A stretch of DNA of 64,000 nt from the NCBI GenBank assembly GCA_023920165.1, contig CP089278.1:1426001-1490000 (forward strand). The letters are read 5' to 3'. The stretch comes from Curvularia clavata. Its lineage: Eukaryota. Positions within the stretch are counted from its first letter, which is position 1; each line of letters begins with the position of its first letter. Shown here one piece after another: positions 37,348-49,858 of this stretch. The notes beneath the pieces are model-generated. The model saw only the letters and a list, made by a program, of their open reading frames with translations, was not told where the DNA came from and searched no databases. Both the position numbers and the translations under genes were made by a program.

Positions 37348-39398
37348 TCAATGAGCTTGCAGAAAATTGACCGTAGTAAAGTGCCGACATGTGGAATCAC
37401 TAGAATCAATACCCGGTGTAGCAGCATCAAAATAAGGCTTCACCCGCGCACTGCGATTGGTCTTCATTTCTTCTGCTTGATTGGCACATGCGGCTTCGGT
37501 ATTTTCCTCGTTTAGTCTACGCATCTCTTTAGTGAGTACGACGTTTTGCTCATTAAGCTCGTTGAGGCGCTCGTGCAATCGGTTACTAGCCGCTTGGTGC
37601 GTATTTCTCTCTTGACTCAAGCGGTGACTTTCTACAATTAGGTGGTGGTTTTCAAGATGAACCATGTGGTCCAACTATTTTTATGATTAGTATAGTTGTC
37701 ACTTGTTGTCCAGTTTATACGTACATGTGTTGCGAAGCGCTCACAAGAATAACCGAGTGAGCTAAGTTTCAATGGAAGATTTGCAAGCTTCTCGGATGAC
37801 TCGAAAAATTTGTTCAACATAGAAGAACAATCGGTGATGTCCGAGAAATAGCACTTGTCTCCGTCTAATTTAGCGAAGCGTTTGTATGCTCGGAGAGTAA
37901 TGGAGAGTACGTCACGCAGCTGTTGCAGAAGCTCCCTTGCTTGTATAGTCTTATCCAAAGATATCTTGATATCTTCGACAAGCATTCCACTTTTTGTGGT
38001 AGTGTTGCTACAAATGTTCCGTGATTTCTGCAATATGTTAGCTATACCCGAACCAATATACGAATGCAGAACATACCCATGCTTCTATGCCCTCTTCAAT
38101 TGTTTGTACAAGGTACTGCCATTATCGGAGCACATACTGACTACGATGTGCTACTAAATGCAGCCAGTACCTTCTTGCATCCCAGGGTTGGACAGACTGT
38201 GCGGATGTAGCAAAGTCGAAGCCATACTCAGATTCTAGATAATCTCTCACCTTATCGATCTCTTCAATGTCCAGGCCGCCGTTGTTTTCTCGGTTGAAAG
38301 TGTAGCCTGTCCATTGCAGGTCATTCCAGCCACAGATCAATAGGCTCATGTGCCTTCGATAGATTGAGTGCGGAACAACTGCACCAGTGGCGTTATCCAA
38401 GTTGAGAAATGAAAGGTCTGCCATTGAGCCTTCGTTTGTCGAGTCCGAAGCCTGAAATGATGGTCTCAAAAGTAGATGTGGCATATGAAACTCAAGTTGA
38501 TATGTGTTGAAGCCATTCATCTGAGGTTACGTTAGTCAAAAGGAGCGCAGTTTGTATCCTCGAAGTAAAGTCACCGGTATATGTACACGCAATGAAGTTT
38601 CTGAAGCGATGTGCTTCCAGATTGCATCGCGCAAGGCCTGCATTTGGTGATATCGACCTGTTTTCGCCAGAGTGGAGACGAAACCGGGAGTCAGTTTCGA
38701 AACGTAGTTATATAAATGTCAGCACGCACAAAACCTACGTTTTAGTAGGAGCGGCATAGTGGAACATACATCATACGCTGGTCGGCATTTGGAAGTGTCG
38801 GATGCCTGCAGCACATATTCAGTTAGATATGCCATAAAGAATGAGGAAAACACGAATCGTACTCCCTAGTATCTCTTGTAGGTCATATGCATCGAAAATA
38901 CGTGAATATTGTCGACTGCATCCACCGGATATTTCCCGGTCATCTACCCATACCCATCCGTGGTCATCTTCGGCTGTTGGCTCTTCGTTGCCCTGCCGCA
39001 GTAGAAATTCCATAAGAACTTTGGTTTCCCATGACGCATTGGATAATTCTAAACTCCCGAGGAGCATGGTCACTAGCTCTCGTTCGTTTGGACGATCCTC
39101 TTCTGAGTTCTTCCTCAATTTAGACTAGTCCTCGTAAACGGTTCGGTCACTCAACCCTCGTGTTATAGAGAAAACTGGGTCCCAGTTTTTCCCACTTCGA
39201 GAATTTGGTACTGTCCCTTGAGATTTCTTTCTAACAGTACGGAACCTGATCTAGGGTTGCATTGTCTTGGGAGCGAACGATGTCATATTTCTTGAACGAG
39301 AAGATGAAAATAGTTTTTGAGGCAGTTTTGAAGGTGCAGATATATGCTACAGCAGTCATTATATGGGTCGAACTGGATTGTGGTGTGGATTGGGTCAT
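37348..39398 (-). pseudogene. Decayed multi-exon gene of an uncharacterised Pezizomycotina family (members often carry a CorA-like C-terminus)
   Basis: Collinear fragments WVWVDDR, YQLEFHMPHLLLR, SLLICGWNDLQWTGY, WDARRYWL and RFAKLDGDKCYFSD separated by intron-like signals. In-frame TAA at 38122-38124 (VLR*WQYLVQ), further stops near 39125-39230, no C-terminal TM helices. The family assignment is from memory. Confidence 0.6.
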
Positions 39399-40224
39399 AA
39401 TCCAGCTGCTAGGCAAACCGGTAGAAGATGGCGCAAGAGGTGAAGAAATTGTTGGAAAATATAGGCAACTACACTGTTTTTCAGAGGAGGAATACTCTTG
39501 TACCTTTAAGGAAGATTATAATCTATAACAATCTTGGTTTCAAACCATCAGGCTGGGAACTCAGCTGCGCGGCTACTGGATCTTAACGCAGCATTTAGGA
39601 CCTGACTCCACACTATGGCCTGACCGCAGACATTCTAGTTCAGACTTGGACACCAGATCCATTGTGTGACACAGCTTGAGGATAATTTTCATACTGCAGT
39701 ATTCTGTGCGAATCGCCGGTGAGATATCTCAGCGAGCTACGTTGTGGACTTAGCGCTGCAGCCATGCTGTTGGTAGCCTTTCCGGGCCGGACATGATTCT
39801 TTCACCGCAGATGACAGTCTCACCCCCTCCTATATCTCTGGTCGCACATCATGAGGTGATCAAAAGTTAGCTGAACGATGGAAAGACAGGAATGGAATAC
39901 ATCCAAGTTGCGCCAGCGCATAGGTATGTTTTCCGTTTAGTGGGAATGCGTGGTAATGTAGACAATCCGCGTGGCTCCAATCCAGCCAAATAATGTACCT
40001 TCATGAAGTCTTCGATCTCATATACCCTGATCGATCAATATCTCAGAAGCAAGATAGGCTTCAAATGTTGGCGCTAACGTACTTATTGGTGCAAAGCGGA
40101 AAGCCGATATGCGGGAGGGTGGTTTAGCCCGATGACGATCGTCGTAGCCGGATAAGCTCACCTCAAGCTATCCAAGCTCTCAACTTTCCACACCACCACT
40201 CAATTGAGGCAACGCAACTCCAAA

Positions 40225-41433
40225 ATGATACTCCGAGCTCTCCCTCTCCTCGTCACGGCGCTCAGCGCACTCGCCGCAACCCCACCTCAAGCCGAACCCA
40301 CCACTCTCTCCACATCCGACTCCCAAGCCCTGCTCGACCTCCACCGGTTCCTCGTAGAAACCGAATCTATAACCGGCAATGAGAAGGCCGTCGGCGAATG
40401 GCTCACCACCTACCTGCAGTCTCACAACTGGACGGTAGAGCGCCAGGAGGTATCTCCAAACCGATACAACCTCCTCGCATACGGCCACAAGCGCGAAACC
40501 ACCATTCTCTTAACCTCGCACATTGACGTTGTGCCGCCCTACTGGCCGTACTACTACAACGCAACGAGCGGCGAAATCGGCGGGCGCGGTAGTGTCGATG
40601 CAAAGGGTAGCGTTGCACCTATAATTATAGCCGCGGAAGGAATAAGAGAGCATCTACAAGACGACATCTCGCTGCTTTTCGTGGTAGGAGAGGAAACGGG
40701 TGGTGATGGCATGCGCGCGTTCAGCGACTGGTCCAAACGACCTTCGTCACACGAAATCATCATATTTGGAGAGCCTACAGAGGGAAAGTTAGTCTGCGGG
40801 CACAAGGGCATGCTAGGCTTTGAGGTCAAGGCAACGGGCAAGGCGGCGCATTCAGGTTACCCGTGGTTGGGCGTCAGCGCAAACGACATCATGGTTGAAG
40901 CGCTGGGTGAATTGCTTAAGCTACGACAGCATCTTCCCTGGAGTGACAAGTATGGTAACACAACTATGAACTTTGGTCGGGTTCAAGGCGGAGTCGCAGC
41001 AAACGTTGTTGCAGAAACGGCGACGGCGAATATCGCTACGCGCCTTGCGGCTGGGACTCCTAAGCTCGTTCGCGAACTCATTATGAACACGCTCAAGGGC
41101 GTCAAGGCGGCTGCGCAAAAGGAAGGCGGTGATTTGGAAGTTACGTGGGGCAGCGAAGGCTACGGCGTCGTAGACATTGATTGCGACATCGAAGGCTTCG
41201 ATACAATGACTGTAAATTACGGTACTGACGTGCCGAATCTCTCGGGAGACCACAAGAGATACTTGTACGGCCCTGGTTCCATCTTCGTCGCGCATTCCGC
41301 TCACGAAGCCCTCAAGCGCAAGGAGCTTGAGCAAGCCGTTCTTGACTACCGTCGCCTTGTCCTCAAGGCCACCGAAGTACGCGAAAAGCAGCTGCGCGGT
41401 GATGTTGGCCATGAGGACCAGATTGAATTATAG
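40225..41433 (+). CDS. M20 family metallopeptidase (ArgE/DapE-like) with signal peptide
   Basis: LLTSHIDVVPP, GRGSVDAKGS, VVGEETGGDG, IFGEPT, GKAAHSGYP and GPGSIFVAHSAHE. Confidence 0.92.
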   Translation: MILRALPLLVTALSALAATPPQAEPTTLSTSDSQALLDLHRFLVETESITGNEKAVGEWLTTYLQSHNWTVERQEVSPNRYNLLAYGHKRETTILLTSHIDVVPPYWPYYYNATSGEIGGRGSVDAKGSVAPIIIAAEGIREHLQDDISLLFVVGEETGGDGMRAFSDWSKRPSSHEIIIFGEPTEGKLVCGHKGMLGFEVKATGKAAHSGYPWLGVSANDIMVEALGELLKLRQHLPWSDKYGNTTMNFGRVQGGVAANVVAETATANIATRLAAGTPKLVRELIMNTLKGVKAAAQKEGGDLEVTWGSEGYGVVDIDCDIEGFDTMTVNYGTDVPNLSGDHKRYLYGPGSIFVAHSAHEALKRKELEQAVLDYRRLVLKATEVREKQLRGDVGHEDQIEL

Positions 41434-41482
41434 ATTACATACGTATATAAAACACATCAATCACAACGACACTCTTAAACAA

Positions 41483-41840
41483 AAATGTACTCCCACATTT
41501 AGTCTACCAGGAGAAGGGTCTCACTCATCAGGCAGGTCTGAAAGCAGGTGCTCCACGCCTTCTCTTTCTCCCCCAATCCTTCTCTTCCCGAGTCGACTCC
41601 CTCGCTCCTTCATCCAAAAGATACCGGGCACGAGGTCAGCGTCGAAGGAGGCAGGGCAAGAAGAGGACTGGATAGATCAGGATGAGGGAAAGAAACGAAA
41701 GCAGCAGATTGTTCTTGCGCATTTTGGGGACTCTCTTGTGTGGCAAGAAACCGAAAGAGAGACAACAGAGCCGGCCAGCCATGGAGGTGGAAATGCAATG
41801 GCCGTCTGCGTCGAGATCTGTTCGTTGCGCTCGGTGTGTG
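41483..41840 (-). ncRNA. Candidate structured ncRNA (box H/ACA snoRNA-like), about 360 nt
   Basis: TATA-like CATAAATAG (41878-41870) plus a CT block upstream, three foldable hairpin regions, an H-box-like AGAACA (41715-41710) and a terminal ACA-TTT. No family recognised. Confidence 0.4.
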
Positions 41841-42062
41841 GAAAGGAAGTGGGGAGAGAAAGACAAGAACTATTTATGTGTTTGATAGGGGCGCGCTCGG
41901 ACCCCGTGAGGTGATATGTGAAAACAAGAGTGAGAGGAATGGAGGAAAAGAAGAACGGCGCTATGCATTTTAACTTACCCAAATGCCAACGCCAGTAATG
42001 CTAGCCTCTCGCATATCGTACATCTAGTATTACATGGTCATAAAAACGTAAATGTGACTGCC

Positions 42063-45000
42063 TTAGCTGGCAACAGCTGGAACATCGTCTTCCTTCTGCG
42101 GAACACCTTCTGCCTCCTGCGCTGCTTTCGCCGCCTCCGACATGCCCATATCCCTAAATCGCCAACCCTCGTTCTCCTTGGCCCACTCTTTCTTCTCACC
42201 GAGGATAGCGATGCTGCTTTCTTGGGCACGCTGCACAAGGAATTCGTCGGCTACGGCTTGCACCTGCTCGGCTGTCACATCGAGAAGGCGCTCACGCCGA
42301 GTTTGCAGCATGTCGTCCGTGACACCAGAAAGGAACTCTCGCATGCCCTCACGGCTGACGCTCTGTGGGGCGTCTTGGCCCTGGAATACACTCAACTTGG
42401 CTTCCTCAAGATCTTGAGCAGTCCATGCGCGGTCGCGTGCCCATTGACCAGCCTCAGCCATGATCTTCATGCTGTTCTGGGGGTTGGGATCACGGTATGA
42501 GTACATGCCGAAAACACCGCCGAGACCACGAGCGTAGGCACCACCTCCATAGGCACCGCCTTTCTCCCGGATCTCAGGGTGCAGTTGCTTGAAGGTAAGG
42601 AGTTTAGAGAGAATCTCGAGGGGAGCGCTAGAAGCGTGGGTGTAGGGCACTGTGGGAACAGCACGAGCGGAGTAGTAGACCTGATACGGAAGAGGAAAGA
42701 ACGACTTTGCGTTACGGGGGTACTGCTTCTGCTGTGATGTCTTTGGAACGGAAACGCTCCTTGGTAGGTTGTCTAGGAACCGCCTGAGCGCTTCCTGATT
42801 GGGTGTTGAACTCTCGCTCCCGCAGTTGAGTGCAATGCGGAGTTGATTGCTGTTTGCGATGGTAAAAGACTGGATGGCCTTGAGCTTTTGAATGACATCA
42901 CTGAGAGACTCTTGAGATGCCAGGGCCGTCATGAGCTTGATCTGAGTGAGACCCCCAGTTTCCTCTGCTAGACGCCCCACAGGAGTTACACCAGCCTCAG
43001 CAAACCGCATAGCGTAGGAATGGCCGGACTCTGCAATCGAGTTGACGGCGCCACTTGCGGCACTCTGCAACAGCTCCCGAATCTTCTTCTCCGCTTCAGG
43101 CCCATCGAAGTCTGTTTCTTGAATGATTGTTCGAAGAAGCTCATACATGTCGGGGATGTTGCGATCGAATGCGTAGCCAGAGAAAGCCATGCCTTCTTCG
43201 TATGCATCGAGCGACAACGGTGATTGCGACGAGTGGTAACCGACTGTAATGCCGCCCGTCTTGAGTTTGATCTGCTCCTCCAGCTGCTCCATCGTCTTGT
43301 CCTTGGTGCCAAGACGCATAATGGCGCTTGTAAAGAGCGGGATCATTTCTCGCAACTCGTCTGGGAGGTCTTGCAGCTTATGCACAGCACGGAAGTATGT
43401 CAGGCCATTGGTTGGAGCCTCACGCCATTGCACTTTCACGCCATCGACATCGGTATGGCGTAGTGGTTTCCTCTCCTTCTCCCGTGGGATGTCCTTGACG
43501 TGAACGGTAGGCAAGCAGCTCAGATCTTCGTTTCTGGCCTTCTCTTGGACCTCTAGCAACTGGAGCTCTCGGTCCTCCAGATATTTTTGCGCTTCCTCGG
43601 CGCTTGAAAATTGCTTCGTAGTCTCTGCAATTTTTGTTGCTAGTCGTTCCTTTTCCTCATCTACAAGCTCTTGAGTGAATGTCTCGGAAGGCTGCATGGT
43701 GAAGGTCAGGGTCTTGTCTGTGAGCAGGTACTTTTCAATCAAACTTTCCAAATAGTCACCCTCAGCGTACTTCTCCTGGAAAGCATTGATAGTGTCTTGC
43801 CAGGCAAGAGCCTTGAGCGGGTCGATGCCGTTGAACCAGCCTGGCTTTAGCCGCTGGAGGATGCCCATGCCGAAGTTTGCTGTCTTATGCTTCAATGAGA
43901 GCTCCAGTTGGTGCAGGATGCCGTCAACCTTGATCTTGTCGAAGCCATTTTTCCGGGCGTCAAGTAGGGTGTCCGCAATGACTTGGCGAACCTTAGGTAC
44001 ATCCTCTGCCTTGACCGCATCCAACCCAATCGAGAAGACTCCTCGCCTTCCTGCGCTATCATAGCCAGTGTTCGCACTAAAGTCTGCTCCAAGCCCGGAC
44101 TCGACGAGGTTGCGGTACAATGGCGATCCATAACCGCTCATGAGTAGGCTACTCAGAACACCAAGAGCAAAGTTCTCGACAGCATCAGCAGTGTCGCCCA
44201 TGAGCCAAGTGACCGAAGTTTTGTATTGTCGGTCCTGAGGTACCAGCGGATCAAGGGGTCCGGTGACAGTGATGTCCTTGGGGCTGTCGAGGGTAATTGG
44301 CGCCTTCACTTCCTGGTCGACAGATATCTTGTCAAAGCTGCTCAAGCGACTATCCACCTCTTTCAAGTGCTCTTCCAACGGCATGTCGCCATAAGTGAGG
44401 ATCTTGGCGTTGCTCGGGTGATAGTGGTCTGCGTGGAACTTGCGCAATTGCTCCCAAGTAAGGTCGGTGATCTTCTGTGGGTCACCTCCGGAGTTGTTAA
44501 TGGCGGGATAGAGATGCTCCTGGAACCTGGTATAGAACAAGTAGCTTGCATCCGACATCTGACCCTTCATCTCATTGTACACGACGCCCTTGAACACTAT
44601 GCGCTTTGCGTCTGGGTCGTCGGTTTCTTTGGCCAGCGGGTTTTCAGGCCCCAGCCGCCACCCCTCCTGTGTGAAATCGTTCTCCTTCAATAGCGGGTGC
44701 AGGGTCGCATCGAGATAGACAGACATGAGGTTTTTGAAGTCTTGGGCGTTGGTCGTGGCGAATGGGTAGCCAGTGTGGTCGGCAAAAGTCCAGGCGTTCA
44801 TGAAGTTGGACAGCGAGCGGGGAAGCATCTTGAAGAAGGGATCGCGGATGGGGTACCTGAGCTGTTAGCATCCACGATTGAGGTATTCAAAAAAAGGCCT
44901 GCTCACCTTTCGCTGCCACACAGCGTGGTGTGCTCGAGGATGTGCGGCACACCGGTGGCGTCTGGCGGGTTGGTTTTGAAGCCAATTGAGAAGACATTGT

Positions 45001-45253
45001 TTGTGTCTTCGCGGGCAATATGCAGATACTCGGCGCCCGTCTTGTCGTGCTGGAGGTGAAGGGCCGTCAGCTCGAGCTCCGGCACCTGCTTGACGCGCTT
45101 GAGGGTGAAGCCATGGAGCTGCTCGCCGACGTGGGGAAAGTTGTCGACATGGGTGACGGCGGCGTAGCAGCGTCGTGGGACGGTCGACAGCCTGTGTGGA
45201 GCTACGGCGGCATTGCGGGAGGCGTGGAACTGCCGACCAGCAGAGCGCAGCAT
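42063..45253 (-). CDS. CYM1: Mitochondrial presequence protease (M16C pitrilysin family), intron about 44906-44857
   Basis: Arg-rich presequence, [15 protein letters not shown] (HxxEH), [42 protein letters not shown] and YSYRDP. Confidence 0.96.
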
Positions 45254-45910
45254 GTTCTCGTGTGGTTTGGCGGGGGAGCGGGATGAGAGGACGTCGCGAC
45301 AATGTCTCGCACAGGCGGGACCAGAAATGTGAGAGAGGATGCGATGACGCCTTTGGCGCCGCCGATTGGCCGAGCGTGGCTTGTGGCCCGAAGCGGGCTA
45401 GCCTGCAAAATCGACGAGGCGCGGGAGAGCGAGAGAGTGTGCCTGGATAGGCTGCGGATGCGTAAGAGAGCCGGCCGACATTATTGAAGCTCGTGGGCGT
45501 AGTGGAGACTGGCTAGAGCGTGTCCTGTGCCCTTCGCTCTGCTCTGCTCATCCACGACGACATCAACCGCCTGCTGCTCCCCTCACTCCCCTCCACCCTC
45601 CCCTTGGACACGCACCACAGCCCGCTGCCCGACTCCATTCTGACGCCAGCCCGCCAGCCTGCCTCGCACCCTGTGCACGCCGTTCCGAGACGTCGCCGGA
45701 AACACGGCCACCATCGCCCGGCGCGCATTCGCTCCCACAGTGCGTGCTGTTGCCGCTGCTGCATACCGGATGCGCAACTCGGCTGCATAAAATCACCGTT
45801 TCCAACAGCTGCTTGACTGGACTGGGGCGTGGTTGCAGAGGCGGACCATCTCTTAGAAGAGGCGGCACCACGACGACGCCAACGCTGCATTCACCTGGAG
45901 CCACGGCTTC

Positions 45911-47624
45911 ATGGCAACCGTTGCCCAACAGCGACAGCCAACATCTGCCCAGTCATCTCGATTACACCACGAAACAAGCCGCAGCAACACATCGGTCCCC
46001 TCGTCCGCCACCATGGCGCCCGCTCAGCACAACCCGGCGCCTGCGCCTGCGCCCGCGAAGAAGGCAAAGGGCAAGAAGACTGCAGACCCCTCGGAGCAGC
46101 AGAAACAGATCCAGGCCAAGATTGCCCAGCTCGAACTCGACCAGGCGGGAGATAAGGAGCAGGAACTTGAAATCGGTGCGTCAATGTCTTGCCATGCAGT
46201 GGTGGGGGCGGGGATGCTCTAGGTCGCGCACTTGATGTCTGCATCTGCATCGCCCGGAACCCGGACTTTATCTCGTGAATCTCTGGCTGACCATGGCATG
46301 GACAGAACGCGAAGTCAAGAAAGCAAACCGCGAACTCTCCTCGCTCCTTTCCAACATGGACGGCCCGCTGTCTCGCCTCGAGGTTGTGCAGAAGCGATAC
46401 ACGGAGCTGCTGTCCGACATGAAGCGCACAGAGCGCGAGCACCAAAAGGCAAAGAAGCGTGGCGATCAACTGCAAAAGGAAAAAGATGCGCAGAGATCCG
46501 AGTTGAACAAGGTCACCACCATGAAGGACAAGTTAGACAAGCTGTCGCGTGACTTTGCCAAGGAGAATAAGAAACTCAAGGACGAACTGCATAAACTCGA
46601 AACCAGCGAGTCGGCCGCCCGGCAGGAGCTACACGAGCGCCTCGAGCATCTTGTCAACGACGTGGACGACTGCATAGCCGCTGCGAACGGACCAGAACCA
46701 CAGAATCAGGCTGAGCAAGAATTGGACGAGCTGTGAGTCTATTCATTTCTGTTCGATTTCGTGCGGCATTAGCTAAAACAATTAGGTTCCGCCAAAAGTT
46801 CAAGTCATTCATTGACCAGTACGAGCTGCGTGAGTTGCAGTACCATTCTATGCTTCGGCTCAAGGAGCTCGAAATACAGTACCACGCTGCCCGCCTCGAA
46901 CAACAGCGCAAGCAACAAGAAGCCGAATCGTCCAAATCGCATCAATTGACCCGCCAGGTCTCGACTTTTTCGCAAACAGAAACCGAACTCCGCACCCAAC
47001 TCAACATTTACGTAGAAAAGTTTAAACAGGTACGTCTAGTCCTTCAACCCCTAGCTGGTCTGTATCATCATGGTTAATACTGACCAGATGCAGGTTGAGG
47101 AAACCCTCAACAATTCCAACGATCTCTTTCTCACCTTCCGCAAGGAGATGGAGGAGATGTCCAAGAAGACGAAGCGTCTCGAGAAGGAAAACCAGAATCT
47201 GCAGCGCCACAAAGACATCACCAATCGAAATATTGGCGAAATGGTAGAAGAGCGCCAGAAAATGCAAGAGGAGCTTGCCAAGAAGACGAGGGAGAATGAG
47301 GAGCAGCGCAAGAAGATTGCTCGATTAGAGACGCTATGCCGCGGAATGCAAGCACAAGGCCGTGGCCAAGTCCCGATGCACGAGCTGGAGCACGAGGCGC
47401 ATGATGAAGAGGATGAGGAGGTCACCGAGAGTGAGTACGAGTACGAGGACGAAGATAGCGCAGAGTACGATGACGATACAGAGGAAGATGGCGTTGAGCC
47501 TGCACCTGAACGTCGGCCCTTTGGTCCCGTACCGCCGCCACCACCCCAACCACAGCCGGTTACGCAGGGTAAAGTCAATGGGCACAAACAGGTCAATGGG
47601 CAAATGAATGGAGTCAAACGCTAA
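45911..47624 (+). CDS. Taxilin-family (myosin-like) coiled-coil protein, 4 exons
   Basis: FIDQYELRELQY, TETELRTQLNIYVEKFKQ|VEETLNNSNDLFLTFRKEMEEMSKKTKRLEKEN and LETLCRGMQ. The start could also be ATG 46013. Confidence 0.88.
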
Positions 47625-48302
47625 TAGCAATGTCAGTCGCTCATGTTTCGTCCTCTTCACAGTCTGCAAAGTTGCGTCGCAACCGTAGCCAAAGGTCGTA
47701 TCGATTGAGACATCTGAATCGTTTGAAGATGCGATGATACACATGTGTCGTTTAAGTGATGATCATTTGGAATGATGAAAAAATTGATTGCCGACGATAT
47801 TGACGAGTTCTGGGCGCAAGACCAGGAATACATCACGGCTCTGTATACGTTGTTCACACAATACTATTGATGAATCAAGGTGCAAGGTGGAAAGAGTATT
47901 CAGTCGCCAGCTGCGCTAGGTCATTGTTAAAGACGGTCACTCTGTAGATCGACGGGTCAAGAGGTGTATTAATTGCGTGCTATGGTTATACCTGTATTTT
48001 TGTGTATGACAGACGTTGACCGGACCAAAGCAAGGAGGTGGAGGACTTTGAAATGACGTACCGCGTCTAACCTTGTCAACCTTGACCGCTCGGACCCCCT
48101 GCTTGCGTCCTCTATTTATGACTAAAAGTGACGATTCTTGCTGCAGGATAACCCTTCCCGGTGAACCTAGACACAAAACGAACAAAAAAAGCCATGGCGA
48201 AATAATCAGGGTACACAAAGGACCCCCGTATAAATCTACCCGGCCCGAGCCAGGCATTGAAATTACGGGGGATTTGTGGTTTTGATCTTATTCTCGCCAA
48301 CC

Positions 48303-49764
48303 ATGTCCAACGAAACAGCCCCTCTACTCTCCTCCTATCACGACTCACAGCGCGAAAGAACACAGCAATTACTCGCAGCACAGCAAAATACTTCCAGTAC
48401 TCAGGACAACCACGAAAATGGGTACCCCGTCGACCATGGCCGCATAGCCTGGATGCAAGTCCTTGGCGGCTTCATTCTCTTTGCCAACAGCTGGTATATT
48501 CCTTTCTTTCCCATGTGTCCAACAAAACACGGGTTAACCACCAAGAAAGGGGCCTGCCCAACGCTTTCGGCGTGTTCCAAACTTACTATCTCGACACACT
48601 AATGCCAGGTCAAGATGCAGCGCAAATATCCTGGATCGGCTCCATTCAACTTTTCTTCACTACTATCGGTTGCCTCCCTTGCGGCGTACTGCTCGATAGA
48701 GGATATCTCAAAAGCATCATTCTAGCAGGTACCTTGTTAGAGCTGCTAGGTTTACTCCTGACCTCTTTTTTCCACGGCTACTGGCCTGTTTTCTTCGCGC
48801 AGGGTGTCTGCATGGGGATTGGTAGCGGACTGCTTGCCCTCGTGCCTGTGGCAGTCCTCGCCATGTTCTTTGAGCGCAGACGCATGCTAGCCACGGGACT
48901 GGCATCAACAGGCGCAAGTGTAGCTGGAATCGTGTATTCGCTCGCTATGCGCGTGCTGTTTACCAGTGTGGGGTTCGCATGGTCCATACGCATATTTGCG
49001 CTCGTTATTCTATGTACGAATACCGTGGCGTTTGCGGTTATGCGTTTGCAGCCACAAGGAGGAGAAAAGAAGAGTTCAGGATTTGGGTTGCATCATTTCA
49101 AGGATGCGCCGTATGCGGTGTTTGTGGGTGCTTTTGCGCTTTTCGTGGCATCGTCGTTTGTGCCGTTTTTCTTTGTGCAGGAGTATGCAATTAAATTGGG
49201 AGTGGAGAAGGAGATGGCGTTTAATCTGCTGAGTGTTATGAATGCGGCGAATATCTTTGGACGCTTTGTGCCAAACTTTGTGGCGGATAGGTATGCTGGG
49301 ATTCTTCTCTTCCGCCCCTTCTTCGTGAAATTCACGTCCAGTTGAACTGATAGTTGGCTAGATACGGAGGCGTCAACACACTCTTACCCCTTAGTATCGC
49401 CTGCATCATCACTCTGTGCATGCTCCCGCTCGCTCAAAACCTCAATGGCCTCATTGCTGTCAGCATCGTCTACGGATTCCTGTCTGGAGGGGTAATTATC
49501 ATTCCTGGACCCACCATTGCAGATCTTTCGCCCGCGAAATCAGAGATTGGCGTGAGACTGGGCCTGGCGTACCTCGTTGCTGCATTCGGTGGACTGCTTG
49601 GGAACCCGGCTGCGGGTGCCATCAAGGGACAAGGGAATGGGGCAGTGGAAAACTTCAGGGGTGTCTGGCTTTTTGCTGTGGGGGTTATGGGTGCGGGTAC
49701 AGTTGCTCTAGTAGTCACGAGATGGATCAAGTTGGGCAGTGTTTGGGCAGTTGGCAGAGTGTGA
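48303..49764 (+). CDS. MFS monocarboxylate-porter family transporter (Mch-like), 3 exons
   Basis: AWMQVLGGF...NSW|GLPNAFGVFQTYY, ISWIGSIQ, GVLLDRG, QGVCMGIGSG and GRFVPNFVADR|YG; multiple TM segments. Confidence 0.9.
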
Positions 49765-49858
49765 AGATGTGCCCAGTTCCAAAGCTGCGGTTCCCCTGGC
49801 TACTCCATGCCAGATAGAGAGGAAAGCCGACGAACAAAAGAGTTGATTGTGCAAGACT

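Noticed and set aside
41495..41545. CTGATGA on the minus strand as a hammerhead ribozyme core
   Set aside because: There is no stem II followed by GAAA and no stem III/NUH arrangement.
41636..41866. Small hydrophobic ORF (…NNLLLSFLSLILIYPVLFLPCLLRR)
   Set aside because: Its hydrophobicity follows from the pyrimidine-rich hairpin arm. An RNA explanation fits better, though a micropeptide is not strictly excluded.
41483..41880. RNase MRP, RNase P, snR30, U1 or telomerase RNA identity for the structured segment
   Set aside because: GAGAGTCCCC resembles the MRP P4 5' strand, but no GGGGCT partner follows. I found no GGGAAATTCGGTG, no m1/m2 motifs, no ATACTTACCTG and no TAACCCTAA template.
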